Of a stretch of 64,000 nt of DNA, positions 35,310 to 44,927 are shown in pieces. This DNA is from a virus, in the IMG/VR virus record IMGVR_UViG_3300002334_000124, positions 1-64,000 of that record, one strand, 5' to 3'. Position 1 is the stretch's first letter; each line of letters begins with the position of its first letter. A program made the translations under genes and the position numbers. The notes beneath the pieces are model-generated. The model saw only the letters and a program-made list of their open reading frames with translations, did not search any database and was not told where the DNA came from.

Positions 35310-35597
35310 ATGCAGGATGCTGTGAGGGACTTAATCCAGAGCAGATGTAAGAGGACTTGTCGGATCATTTTGGATGCCAAGGAGGAGTTATGTGATGTAC
35401 ACATGAGTCCCGAAGCCTCTGATCGGTTCAGGGAAGTGGTGTTGGATCAGATCAACGACTTCAAGAGTCTGTTTCTGACTTTGCTGGAATCGCTTGACGG
35501 GAGCGACATTCAGCTCAACCAGTTGTGGTTGGATCGTCTTGAGGAAATGTATGAGGTGATTCAATCCATTGCCCCGGATGACGACATTACTGTATGA
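35310..35597 (+). CDS. hypothetical protein
   Basis: AGGAG RBS. Confidence 0.6.
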   Translation: MQDAVRDLIQSRCKRTCRIILDAKEELCDVHMSPEASDRFREVVLDQINDFKSLFLTLLESLDGSDIQLNQLWLDRLEEMYEVIQSIAPDDDITV

Positions 35598-36691
35598 GCA
35601 GTCTTGACGCCATAGCTAGGGGCCATGTCACCCGTCGTGCTGGTTTCGCGCATACGAATCGCGTTATGGCGAAGCTGTATGAGGATGCCGTTGAGGGTTT
35701 GGGTTTCTCTAGCACGTTGTTTGCTAGGGACATCATCAACCAGGCAACTGAAAAGATTACCAGCGAACTAGCTGAAGAGATGCAGCTGTTTGCTATTGCC
35801 ATGTCAGATAGGTCAGCTCGTAACCGTGATGGTCGCGTTACTAGGATCCATCAATTAGCTGGTGAGCGAGCAGTAGAGGCGACCGTACGGTCATACAATC
35901 GCACTAGGGCCAAGAGACGTAAGACTGCTGCCTCGTTCGAGGTTGGATTCATTCGTGATGATGGAGAGGTCGGGGTTCGCAAGGCTAGAGAGTCTATTGG
36001 TGCTTCGGTTAGACGCAAGGATCGTTTTGCCAATGGAAAATTACTTCGTGCTTTAGCCAGTCCTCAGATGTTTGATGCTCGTTGGGACGGCGTGAGCTTC
36101 ATCAACAAGGCATGGTTGGATCGTAATGCGGCCCAATGGTATCGGTTGGCTTTCGGAGCTGGGCCGCGTGGTGCTGGCACTCCTTTACACAAGAATCACA
36201 GTATCCAGTTCTTTGGTCAGACCGCATTCTCGATGAGTTTGCAAGGCTTCGGTCCGTCAGCTGGTTTCTCTATGCCTGCCGGTCTTTGGTTTGGATTTGG
36301 TGGCTCTAATCTTTCTCCTGCCGACAATGACGGACAGTCAGTCAATTACGCACGCGGTGGTGCCCCCAATCCGGCACGTCGTGGTCTTGACCAGTTCATC
36401 CCAGGAGCCGGATCCTTTGCAGGGAGATCATTTCGTGGCCGTCGCACTAAAGGTATCAAGGGTACGGCGTATCTTGATGCTGGTGTATTTGCCCTTACTC
36501 GTGAGTTGGGGCGTGGTTGGTCTGTGATTATGACGGAATGGTTCGAAGAGGCGGCTACTCAGGATACGGGTCCGATTGCTACGATCGGTGTTTCGCCTGA
36601 AGCAGCTGCCACCTCATCGGCGAAACTCAAGAGTGAGCTAGCTTCGATGAAAATTGTCGCGGCTCGATACAGGTCTTCGTTAGCTCTGTAA
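35594..36691 (+). CDS. basic neck/tail completion-like protein
   Basis: Arg-rich; RTKGIKGTAYL motif; synteny. Confidence 0.45.
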   Translation: MSSLDAIARGHVTRRAGFAHTNRVMAKLYEDAVEGLGFSSTLFARDIINQATEKITSELAEEMQLFAIAMSDRSARNRDGRVTRIHQLAGERAVEATVRSYNRTRAKRRKTAASFEVGFIRDDGEVGVRKARESIGASVRRKDRFANGKLLRALASPQMFDARWDGVSFINKAWLDRNAAQWYRLAFGAGPRGAGTPLHKNHSIQFFGQTAFSMSLQGFGPSAGFSMPAGLWFGFGGSNLSPADNDGQSVNYARGGAPNPARRGLDQFIPGAGSFAGRSFRGRRTKGIKGTAYLDAGVFALTRELGRGWSVIMTEWFEEAATQDTGPIATIGVSPEAAATSSAKLKSELASMKIVAARYRSSLAL

Positions 36692-36694
36692 CGC

Positions 36695-36722
36695 TAAAAG
36701 AACCAGGCGTGTTGACCGATAG
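36695..36722 (+). promoter_or_regulatory. sigma-28-type promoter TAAA-N16-ACCGATAG
   Basis: upstream of the major tail gene. Confidence 0.6.
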
Positions 36723-36818
36723 TCCTGATACGTAGATCTTGAAGTTTGTGACGTACCCGATAATACACGTTCGGGCAGAAACGGGCTTTATTTGAAGTAT
36801 TCCTAACAGGAGGCAATA

Positions 36819-38027
36819 ATGGCCATTAAGGCAGGGCAAATCCTTCACGACGTGAATGGTTATGTCATCAACCGTATCCAGTCTGCTGGTCCGGGCAACG
36901 TCAACGTCCCCGAAGAGAAGGTATTCGAGCTTGGTAACTTCGAGTCTGTATGTACGATTCGTGACATCCCCGACCTGAGTTTCGACATGGAGTCTCTCTC
37001 TACCTCAACCGAGGTGGAAGCTCTGCTAACTAACTTGGATCCGGAATTGACTCTCGACGGTCAGGAGTTCGATCTTTCGGATTCTCAGCCCATCGATGTT
37101 CTCTCGCCGTTCAAGTCTGCGACCAATCAGTTCGACATTGTTAACGGCATCATCGTTCCGCACCTCACTCTTGAGCGTGCGAGCTACAGGTTCGGCCTGC
37201 GTCAGAACGCTACGCAGCAATTCACGTTGCGCGGCGATTCGATCTACTACGTTCCGGGAACTCCGTATAAGGAAACTCACGCCCACATCGGCGCGACGAC
37301 TTACACGTTCTCGACTCTACCTACGATCACCTACAGCGAGGCTGGCGATACGTTCTTCGCTTACAACATTACGTTGAAGAGCGGTGCTACGAACCTATTC
37401 AAGCGTCTCTTCCTTGGTACCGACTACACCAACACTTCCACAGGTTTCACTCTGTTGGCTGACGAGTCGGGCACCTACGATCAGATCCACGTGGTTTACG
37501 GTTCGACTACCCCTACGACATATCCTTCTTCAGTCCACAAGGATGCCACTGTGCAGCCTTGTGCCATTCGTGGTAAGGACATTGACGTGTATGTCGGCGA
37601 CGGTGCCGCTACTCAGCTCTTGGTTCGCTGGACAGGCGTTCAGAGTTTCGAGACCACATGGTCAGTGACTTTGGAAAACGATGAGGAATTCGGCAACAGC
37701 AAGCTTGTGTCTACCGACTTCGATGTCCCTGAAGTAACGGGCTCTCTTGGTCTTAAGCCACTTGATGCTGCTGAGCTGTTCACACGTATCGCAAACATCG
37801 CTGGTGTTGCCACCAACGTAACTGCGGGCGCTCTAACCACAGACCCTCTCCCAGTAGAGGTTCGCTTGAGCGATCCGGATACCGGTTCCGTTGTGAAGAC
37901 CTTCTACATCTCGGATGCCCGTTTCACCGTTCCTTCAATCTCAGGTCGGATCCAGACGAAGTTGGAGACAACATTCAACTTCACTTCGGATTCGGGCTCT
38001 CTGAAGATTTACCAGGGTAGCCGATAG
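36819..38027 (+). CDS. major tail protein
   Basis: AGGAGG RBS, followed by terminator, chaperone and tape measure. Confidence 0.75.
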   Translation: MAIKAGQILHDVNGYVINRIQSAGPGNVNVPEEKVFELGNFESVCTIRDIPDLSFDMESLSTSTEVEALLTNLDPELTLDGQEFDLSDSQPIDVLSPFKSATNQFDIVNGIIVPHLTLERASYRFGLRQNATQQFTLRGDSIYYVPGTPYKETHAHIGATTYTFSTLPTITYSEAGDTFFAYNITLKSGATNLFKRLFLGTDYTNTSTGFTLLADESGTYDQIHVVYGSTTPTTYPSSVHKDATVQPCAIRGKDIDVYVGDGAATQLLVRWTGVQSFETTWSVTLENDEEFGNSKLVSTDFDVPEVTGSLGLKPLDAAELFTRIANIAGVATNVTAGALTTDPLPVEVRLSDPDTGSVVKTFYISDARFTVPSISGRIQTKLETTFNFTSDSGSLKIYQGSR

Positions 38028-38041
38028 TAAGTTCTGATAGG

Positions 38042-38066
38042 AGAGGGGCCTTTGGGTCCCTCTCTG
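38042..38066 (+). terminator. terminator-like hairpin
   Basis: AGAGGGGCC-TTTG-GGTCCCTCT. Confidence 0.6.
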
Positions 38067-38143
38067 GATCGCCCTCTAAGGCATGAGGCGATATGGTAAG
38101 GTAGTGTCATACAAAGCAGTACAGGCAAAGAGGAGAAAGAAGA

Positions 38144-38953
38144 ATGAGTTTCGCACGTGCTCTATTGCAGGATCTCTACATCAAGGAAGCCCTTGTTGAG
38201 ATCCCTAGACCCGCAGAACCCGAACTGGACGAAGAGGGTAGTCCGGTTTTGGATGACGACGGTAATGCCGTCATGGTCGACCAGGACCCGATTGTCTTCT
38301 ATGCACGGAAGATGAACCCTCTCCAGCAGGAGTCTGCTGCACGTAGGGCGTCAGCGGCTCAGATTCATATGCGTCGTCTTGTTTTTCGTCCTGATGATCC
38401 CGATTATTCAATCATGGAATCGGCCGTCGACGAAATCGAAGATCTGTCAATGTTTGTTGCCAGAGTCGAAAGCAATAACGACACCGACAAGATGCAACAA
38501 GAGCTCTCGGAAGAAGACGAATGGGCGAAAGACAACTACTACCAGTCGTTGATTGATGCGTGGACTCCCAAGATGAAGAGGGACTGGACCGAAAATACCG
38601 AAGAGGAACGTGATCCAGAGTCGAAAAGGATCTGGGCCGAGCTGAAGCGTTTCGATGACATTCTAGAAGACAAGATGAAGTCGCGTCGTACGAATCGTGC
38701 AGCTGAAGTTGAAGCTAAGCCCGAAGAAGAGCAACGAAAATTGGTCTTCAAGATCCTCTTGGAACAGCAATGCAACGGGGAGTGGATGCGTGTATTCAAT
38801 CTGTGGCGTCAGATTTATGGCATCGTGGACAAGAACAAGGATCGGGTCTTCGAGGATGAAGACGATGCTATGTCGTCACCAATTGAAGCTCAACGGATCT
38901 TCCGCCAGGCCCTTGACCGCATCACCCTTAGCGTCACAGATGTAAAATCCTAG
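38144..38953 (+). CDS. tail assembly chaperone (G)
   Basis: between major tail and tape measure. Confidence 0.7.
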   Translation: MSFARALLQDLYIKEALVEIPRPAEPELDEEGSPVLDDDGNAVMVDQDPIVFYARKMNPLQQESAARRASAAQIHMRRLVFRPDDPDYSIMESAVDEIEDLSMFVARVESNNDTDKMQQELSEEDEWAKDNYYQSLIDAWTPKMKRDWTENTEEERDPESKRIWAELKRFDDILEDKMKSRRTNRAAEVEAKPEEEQRKLVFKILLEQQCNGEWMRVFNLWRQIYGIVDKNKDRVFEDEDDAMSSPIEAQRIFRQALDRITLSVTDVKS

Positions 38954-39282
38954 CGGGTAGCGCCTCTTTCCTTAGCATGGCTAGGGCTGCTCGCGACACT
39001 GGCCATGGGGCCATGCTTTTCCCTGCTGGAATAGATTCAGTGGAAGATATCCATTGGGATCTTGCCTTTGCGATTGAACACGCTAACACGGTAATCAGTT
39101 GGCAACGGAACCTGTCTAAGAAAGAGATGCCTCCACGTTGGATGTGGCCTTTCCCCGACGAGCTAGAGATCTGGTTTGAAGAAGTTGAGATGATCCGCGA
39201 CAAGGAGAGTGGCGGAAGCTCAGATGACGAGTCTATGGATTCGAATGTTTTGGCTAAAGAGGGAGTGAGACAGCAGCTCTAG
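38944..39282 (+). CDS. tail assembly chaperone -1 frameshift extension (T)
   Basis: -1 frame open across GTAAAATCC and the G stop codon. Confidence 0.6.
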   Translation, partial: KILAGSASFLSMARAARDTGHGAMLFPAGIDSVEDIHWDLAFAIEHANTVISWQRNLSKKEMPPRWMWPFPDELEIWFEEVEMIRDKESGGSSDDESMDSNVLAKEGVRQQL

Positions 39283-39284
39283 CT

Positions 39285-39311
39285 TGAACAAATGGTCATA
39301 GATCCCGATGA
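39285..39311 (+). promoter_or_regulatory. sigma-28-type promoter TGAA-N15-CCCGATGA
   Basis: upstream of the tape measure gene. Confidence 0.65.
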
Positions 39312-39338
39312 TTTAGAGAGGATGAGGAGGGAAAAGAA

Positions 39339-42300
39339 ATGGTAGCAGGCACACAACAGTTTGTACTTCAGTTCACAGCTGATACTACGGGAATGCAAAC
39401 TTCTCTGCGCGGGTTTGCAGGCACGGCCAAGACTTTGCTTGCCGAGATCCAGACTATTGCCTCTCGTCCTATTAAGCCTGGCGGTATTTCTCCTGCTGCC
39501 AGTGCTGGCCTGGGAGACATTGGTCCTTTGGCGGGGGTCTCAGCTCCTCTGCTCGGTGGTTTCCAACAGGACATCACTAGTCAGGCCAGGGCTGGTGGCG
39601 CATCTTCGATTGGGGCACGTAGGGCTGGTCAGGAAGCACTTCGTCAAGCTGAAATAGCATTGGCACAGCAGTACAATCTGACTAAATCTGAACAGATCCT
39701 CCTGTCTCGTTCTATTGAGAGGCACATCGGCGCCGAAAACAATGCTGTACGAGCAACCGAGACTCGCGCGCTTCGTGAATTTCAGGCTGCGGAATCTCTT
39801 CGTGGAGATACAGCTCGTGAGCGTGTTGCTTCAGAGAGCGCACTACGCGCCAAGGCTCAGCGTATCGTTGCCGAGCAGCAGGAAGCTGAGGTTCTTCGAC
39901 GTCTGACTCGACAAGAGGCTCGTCTTGCTGGCCTCCGTGGAGCAGAGGCTCGTGCTGCCATATCTCGTGCTTCGCAGTCGGGTGCTGCTGGTGCTGTTGG
40001 TCAACGTCCAGGCGAGTTCTTGGGAGGCGGCTTCAGACAAACGCTTCGTTTTGCTATCCCTTCTGCTTTGTTGTTCGGTGCTGCTGCTGGCATTCGGTCG
40101 ATCGTCCAGGAAGCCGAAGAACTGGAACAGATCAATGTTCGTCTCACTTCACAATTTGAGAACCTTGGTAGTCTAAATGTCTTCGATGACCTGATCAAAT
40201 CTTTCGGCCAGATCCCGGATGAAGCAAATCGTGCTGCTGTCGCCACTGAAGAGCTTAACTCTTTCCGCGAAGCCACTGCTGGAATTGCTCTTGATACGGG
40301 CGTTGCCGCTGATCAGGTGCTGGCTCTCGGTAGTTCATTTGTCGGTTTGTTCGCTTCGTTCGATGGTTCTGACGACAACTTCCGTCGACTGGCTCAAGAG
40401 GCCACAAAGATAACTTCAGAGTTCAGCGTCATTACTGGTCTGAATCCTGAAGAAGCCTTCAATGATCTGGTAGGTGCTGTTCGTACCTTTGCAAATGAAG
40501 CTCCAGATGTCAACGTATTGCTGAAGAATCTGTCTGACGACTTGGTGTCGGTGGCAGACGTTTCTGGTGTTGCTGCTGAAGAGCTTGCTGATTTCGTTGG
40601 CCGTATAGCACCTGTTTCCGAGACAGCTGGGTTCCTCATTGAGGAAGTCGCGGCTATCGGTGGTGCTTTGCTCCAGGCTTCTGGTCTCGGTGGTGCTGTA
40701 CTTGCCGAGCAGTTTGGTCGTATTGTTTCTACCTTCGGTGACGGACTTGACGAAGAGCTTGCCGACCTGGCCATTAACGTCCCTGAAATTGGTCTGAACC
40801 TTGAAGACATCTTCTCGGGCAACACTAAAGATGTCCTCTTTCAGCTGATTGAGGGCTTTGAAGGACTATCCGAGGCACAACAGCGTCAGATCATTTCCAG
40901 TGTAGGTAGTCGTCGTGAAGGTAACACCCTTGCTACTTTGCTTCAGAACAACACTGCGGTCTTCACGGCTTTAGCAGCCCAGCAAGACAATGCGGGCGCA
41001 GCTACGGAACGTTTTGGAAAGATATCCGAAACTCTGACTGTTAGCTTCAATCAGCTCAAGGTCGAACTCGAACTGCTTGGTCAGGAATTGTTGCAAGGTG
41101 GACTTGGCGACATCCTTCAAGATCTCATCGCTGTTGCTAGTACTTTCGCCGACATCCTTGACAAAGGTCTCGGCCCCGCGATTGCCGGGATTTCCAGTAT
41201 TGTTGGAGTCTTCCCTCCTGAACTTCTGGCTCTCAGTGTCGCCATGGCTCTTGGCTCTCGTTCGGCTATAGCTTTGGGTAAGGGCCTCCTTTCTGCACGT
41301 AGTGCAACTACCGGTATCACTACTGAGTTCAGCAAACTTGGAGGATCTGCAGCGGGAGCCTCAACCGCGACAAGTGGTCTAAGAACTGCTGCCCGTGGGC
41401 TCACAGGTGCCCTTGCGGCGGCAATTATCGTTTCTGCCGCATGGAGTGCGGGTTCTGCTCTGTACTCCGCCAATACCGAGAGGGCAAAACGTCAGACAGA
41501 AGAGTTCACGTCTGTTCTTCGTGATTCTGGTTCAGAATTTGTGGCTATCGCTGATCGTGCCCGTGAATTGAATGTAGAACTGGAAGAGACTATTCGTCTC
41601 GAAGGGGCCGCTTCGGCAGGAAGAGGAGGAGGAGGCTCTGTTGATCCAACTGGGTTTGGAGCAGGTCTTGTTAGTTTGGCTCGTGGACGTGATGATCTCG
41701 AAGATATCAACAAGCTTCTTGATTTTGCTGGATTAAACGCTAGTCAATTAGTTGCTGAGTTGATCAAAGTTGAACAAGAGACAGGTCGCCTAAATTCACC
41801 ACAGGTTGCGTCTGTACTCACTAGCGAGAGCGGAAGTTTTGAGCAACTTCTCGGGGACGAACCGTCAAAGAGCCGCGTTGCATTAGTGAATGCTCTTGAT
41901 CGTCTGGCTAAAGATGAAGGTCTGTCACAGGGTCAGATCATTGATGTATTCGACACTCTGTTTGACGCTACCGATGCTGCTGAAGGCACCGCAGCGGCGC
42001 AAGCTGATGCCGTTTCTGATTTCTTAGACACATTACAATCTGCCAACTCACAGAATGATGACATTCGTGCCCAGATTAGTGAACTGAAGTCGATTCGTGA
42101 TGACACTACTGAAGGTGAAATTGATTTTGTAATTGCCGCTGCTCTTGCTTTTCCTGATCTTGCGGAAGCTGCCAATAAAGCTGCTGCTGAAGTACAAGGT
42201 ATTCGTAATGAGATAAATCAAGGTGCTACTGACCTTGCTGTGGTTCGCGCCCAGCTTGAAGCTGGGCTCGCCACACAGCAAGAATTTGCTTCCGCCGCAG

Positions 42301-44516
42301 GTGAACAGGTTGAGAATTTACGTACACAACTTCAGGCTGCGGCGGCGGTGGGCAGTCAAGAACAGGTTCTCCGAATCATTGAGAGTATGACAGCTATCGA
42401 ACAAGAGGTCGCAAAGTTTGCTTTGGACCGCTTTGAGAAGGACCAAAGAATCCTTGCCCTTCTCGGTCAGCCAACCGACGATATCGCTGATCTGCAGGCA
42501 CTCGCTTTAGATCCAGCTATTCAGAAAGATGCTGAGAGATTTCTTGATACTGTCGAGAAATTGGTTGAGGCTGAAAAAGCATTGGTATTTGAAGCAGCCG
42601 AGCGTGTCGGTTCAGCAGAAGAAGCTCGTGTGATCCTCGATGGATTTTCTTTATCCATAGAGACTGGGGATTTATTTGTTGAGGCTCAATTGGGTGCTGA
42701 ATCGGCTTTCCTTGAGGATCTCCTGTCTTTGCAAGGGGCAAGCGAAGAAGAGATTGAGAGCACTTTTGCATTCATCGCGGAACAAATCAATTTAGGACGA
42801 GATCTCGAAAACATCCTGTTCCAGCTTCTGACACAACAAATTGCTGATCTGGAAGTCGTTCTTTCTGAAGGTTCTGAATTTGGTCATATTGTCCAGGATA
42901 TTAGTGCACAAATTGCGGCTATCAAGTCGACGCGAGGATCGTTAGAAACGGCTGACCTTCCTAGCATTGCGCCTGGTTCTGAGGTTGGTCTTGACACCGA
43001 CAAGGTCGCCGATGCAGTTGAAAATCTGAATGATCAGTACGAGCGTGTTCTTGAGGGAATCGAACGTGACTCCAAGATTCTTCGTGCGTTCGGGATTGAC
43101 AACACTCCAGAACAGTTGGCCGACGAAGCTGCTCAGCTCGCCACAATTCTGTCTGACCCAAACTTCACAGATTCCGATGCCCGTTTCGAAGCAGCTGTTC
43201 AACTTGCTGGTGTGTTGCAAGCGATAGCGCTACTTGAGGGTGCAGAACTTATTGCGGCTAGTCAGGCTTTAGAATTGCTGACAAATGCAGCAGACTTGGA
43301 GCAACTGGTTACGGCTGAAGCTGTGTTCGCATCTATTAGCGCTGCTGGTAGTGCGTTTCAGAATTTCCTAAACCAGTATTTAGATGTTGGCGAGGAGACC
43401 CTCAATGCCTTGCTCCGTTCAATCGCCGAGTTTGTGGCTGCGGGTGCAAGTTCAGCGGAGGCCCTGGCCAAGGCTTCTAGCATTGTGTTTGGCGCACAGA
43501 TTGACAGCCTTAGAGGAAACGCGCGACTCCTAAACGAATTGGGTCTCAGTTCAACCATAATTGACAACCAGATCAGTGAACTTTCCACACAGAGCCAGGC
43601 TCTTAATGCCAACTCTGCTGATATTCCGAAGATCAACATTGGTGGAGTCGACATTGCAGATATTGGACCTATTGGGGGGGGTAGTGGAGGAGGAGGCGGA
43701 AAGGATGTTGAAGACGTTGCTTCGGCATTGGCCCAGGCCCGATTCGAAAGACTTCGTGCCCGGTTTGCTCTGGATCCCGTACGTCTAGCTCGTATCGCCC
43801 AGAGAGAAGCTGACCAGGCTCTGGCGGACGCGAAGAATAAGGCCGAACGGATTAGCGCGAAGGCACAGCGGTTGAACGCCGATCGTGAATTCGCGACAGC
43901 TATCCGGGATGTATTCGACGCTCAAACTGAACTTGCTATCTCTCTTGCAGAGATCGCTGGTGACACAGAAGAGGCTCTCTCACTCGGAGTCCAGCAGGCT
44001 ATAGATGCATTGGCGTTCTTGAGGTCTCAAGGGGCAGGTGACGCTTCTGTCGCGAATGCAAAGCAGCAACTGGCCGAAGCACAGGAAAGAGAATTCGAGG
44101 GTCTGATCCAGGATCAGCTGGGAGACCTTGACTTCTTGTTCAATCTGGGAGACCTGACTTCGCAGCAGTACGTAGCTCAGCTGCAGACCGTTCTTGCTGG
44201 TTTGGATCCTATAGCTGACGAGGATCTGTTCAGAGATTTGACTCTACAGATTAAGGATTTGCGTGGACGCACGAACGACCTCTCATCCAATCTAGGTGAC
44301 TTTGACTTCCCTAGCTTGTTCGAGGTTCGACGTCTAGCCCAGACAGGTTTCGGTGGTACCCCAGATCAGGCGGGTCCGGGTGGACGAGTAGACAATAGGC
44401 AGATCAGTGTGGTCTTCAATATTTCTGATGGTGTGAGTTGGGAAGACGCGGTTGACGTGATCAATGACGCTATAGGAACGGACACGCCCGTATCGTTCGA
44501 GACTAGGATTTACTAG
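39339..44516 (+). CDS. tape measure protein
   Basis: 1725 aa, Ala/Leu-rich helical, TM-like segments, synteny. Confidence 0.88.
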   Translation: MVAGTQQFVLQFTADTTGMQTSLRGFAGTAKTLLAEIQTIASRPIKPGGISPAASAGLGDIGPLAGVSAPLLGGFQQDITSQARAGGASSIGARRAGQEALRQAEIALAQQYNLTKSEQILLSRSIERHIGAENNAVRATETRALREFQAAESLRGDTARERVASESALRAKAQRIVAEQQEAEVLRRLTRQEARLAGLRGAEARAAISRASQSGAAGAVGQRPGEFLGGGFRQTLRFAIPSALLFGAAAGIRSIVQEAEELEQINVRLTSQFENLGSLNVFDDLIKSFGQIPDEANRAAVATEELNSFREATAGIALDTGVAADQVLALGSSFVGLFASFDGSDDNFRRLAQEATKITSEFSVITGLNPEEAFNDLVGAVRTFANEAPDVNVLLKNLSDDLVSVADVSGVAAEELADFVGRIAPVSETAGFLIEEVAAIGGALLQASGLGGAVLAEQFGRIVSTFGDGLDEELADLAINVPEIGLNLEDIFSGNTKDVLFQLIEGFEGLSEAQQRQIISSVGSRREGNTLATLLQNNTAVFTALAAQQDNAGAATERFGKISETLTVSFNQLKVELELLGQELLQGGLGDILQDLIAVASTFADILDKGLGPAIAGISSIVGVFPPELLALSVAMALGSRSAIALGKGLLSARSATTGITTEFSKLGGSAAGASTATSGLRTAARGLTGALAAAIIVSAAWSAGSALYSANTERAKRQTEEFTSVLRDSGSEFVAIADRARELNVELEETIRLEGAASAGRGGGGSVDPTGFGAGLVSLARGRDDLEDINKLLDFAGLNASQLVAELIKVEQETGRLNSPQVASVLTSESGSFEQLLGDEPSKSRVALVNALDRLAKDEGLSQGQIIDVFDTLFDATDAAEGTAAAQADAVSDFLDTLQSANSQNDDIRAQISELKSIRDDTTEGEIDFVIAAALAFPDLAEAANKAAAEVQGIRNEINQGATDLAVVRAQLEAGLATQQEFASAAGEQVENLRTQLQAAAAVGSQEQVLRIIESMTAIEQEVAKFALDRFEKDQRILALLGQPTDDIADLQALALDPAIQKDAERFLDTVEKLVEAEKALVFEAAERVGSAEEARVILDGFSLSIETGDLFVEAQLGAESAFLEDLLSLQGASEEEIESTFAFIAEQINLGRDLENILFQLLTQQIADLEVVLSEGSEFGHIVQDISAQIAAIKSTRGSLETADLPSIAPGSEVGLDTDKVADAVENLNDQYERVLEGIERDSKILRAFGIDNTPEQLADEAAQLATILSDPNFTDSDARFEAAVQLAGVLQAIALLEGAELIAASQALELLTNAADLEQLVTAEAVFASISAAGSAFQNFLNQYLDVGEETLNALLRSIAEFVAAGASSAEALAKASSIVFGAQIDSLRGNARLLNELGLSSTIIDNQISELSTQSQALNANSADIPKINIGGVDIADIGPIGGGSGGGGGKDVEDVASALAQARFERLRARFALDPVRLARIAQREADQALADAKNKAERISAKAQRLNADREFATAIRDVFDAQTELAISLAEIAGDTEEALSLGVQQAIDALAFLRSQGAGDASVANAKQQLAEAQEREFEGLIQDQLGDLDFLFNLGDLTSQQYVAQLQTVLAGLDPIADEDLFRDLTLQIKDLRGRTNDLSSNLGDFDFPSLFEVRRLAQTGFGGTPDQAGPGGRVDNRQISVVFNISDGVSWEDAVDVINDAIGTDTPVSFETRIY

Positions 44517-44525
44517 GAGGTAATC

Positions 44526-44915
44526 ATGCCAGTAGGAGTAACCCGATGGACGTTCTTCGACCCGACTGACAGCAGCACGTATGAGTTTGCTATCAACCCT
44601 AACGAAGGCGGTTCCCCTGACTACAGGAAGAACATCACTTACACAAACACGGCGGGCCAGAACGGAAACGTACTAGCTTTCGAGGGTAGGGACGCGCCGA
44701 AACAACATACAATCTCGGGAACTATCTTGACTCAGGTGCATTTGGAAGCGTTTGTCACGTGGTTTGAGAAACGTCATGCCATCACGGTTACTGACGACCT
44801 TCTGCGTACCTTTTCGATATACATTACAGGCTTTGCGCCCCGACGTCAGCGTTCTGCCCTGCATCCGTACAAGCATACATATACGATGACATACGTCGAA
44901 CTAGACTGGCCATAA
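44526..44915 (+). CDS. distal tail protein (putative)
   Basis: follows TMP; YEFAINP...ISGTI pattern. Confidence 0.6.
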   Translation: MPVGVTRWTFFDPTDSSTYEFAINPNEGGSPDYRKNITYTNTAGQNGNVLAFEGRDAPKQHTISGTILTQVHLEAFVTWFEKRHAITVTDDLLRTFSIYITGFAPRRQRSALHPYKHTYTMTYVELDWP

Positions 44916-44927
44916 GGATTTGGAACT

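Noticed and set aside
38020-38027. GCCGATAG sigma-28 -10 element at the major tail stop codon
   Set aside because: It overlaps the last codons and is followed directly by a terminator-like hairpin; probably coincidental.
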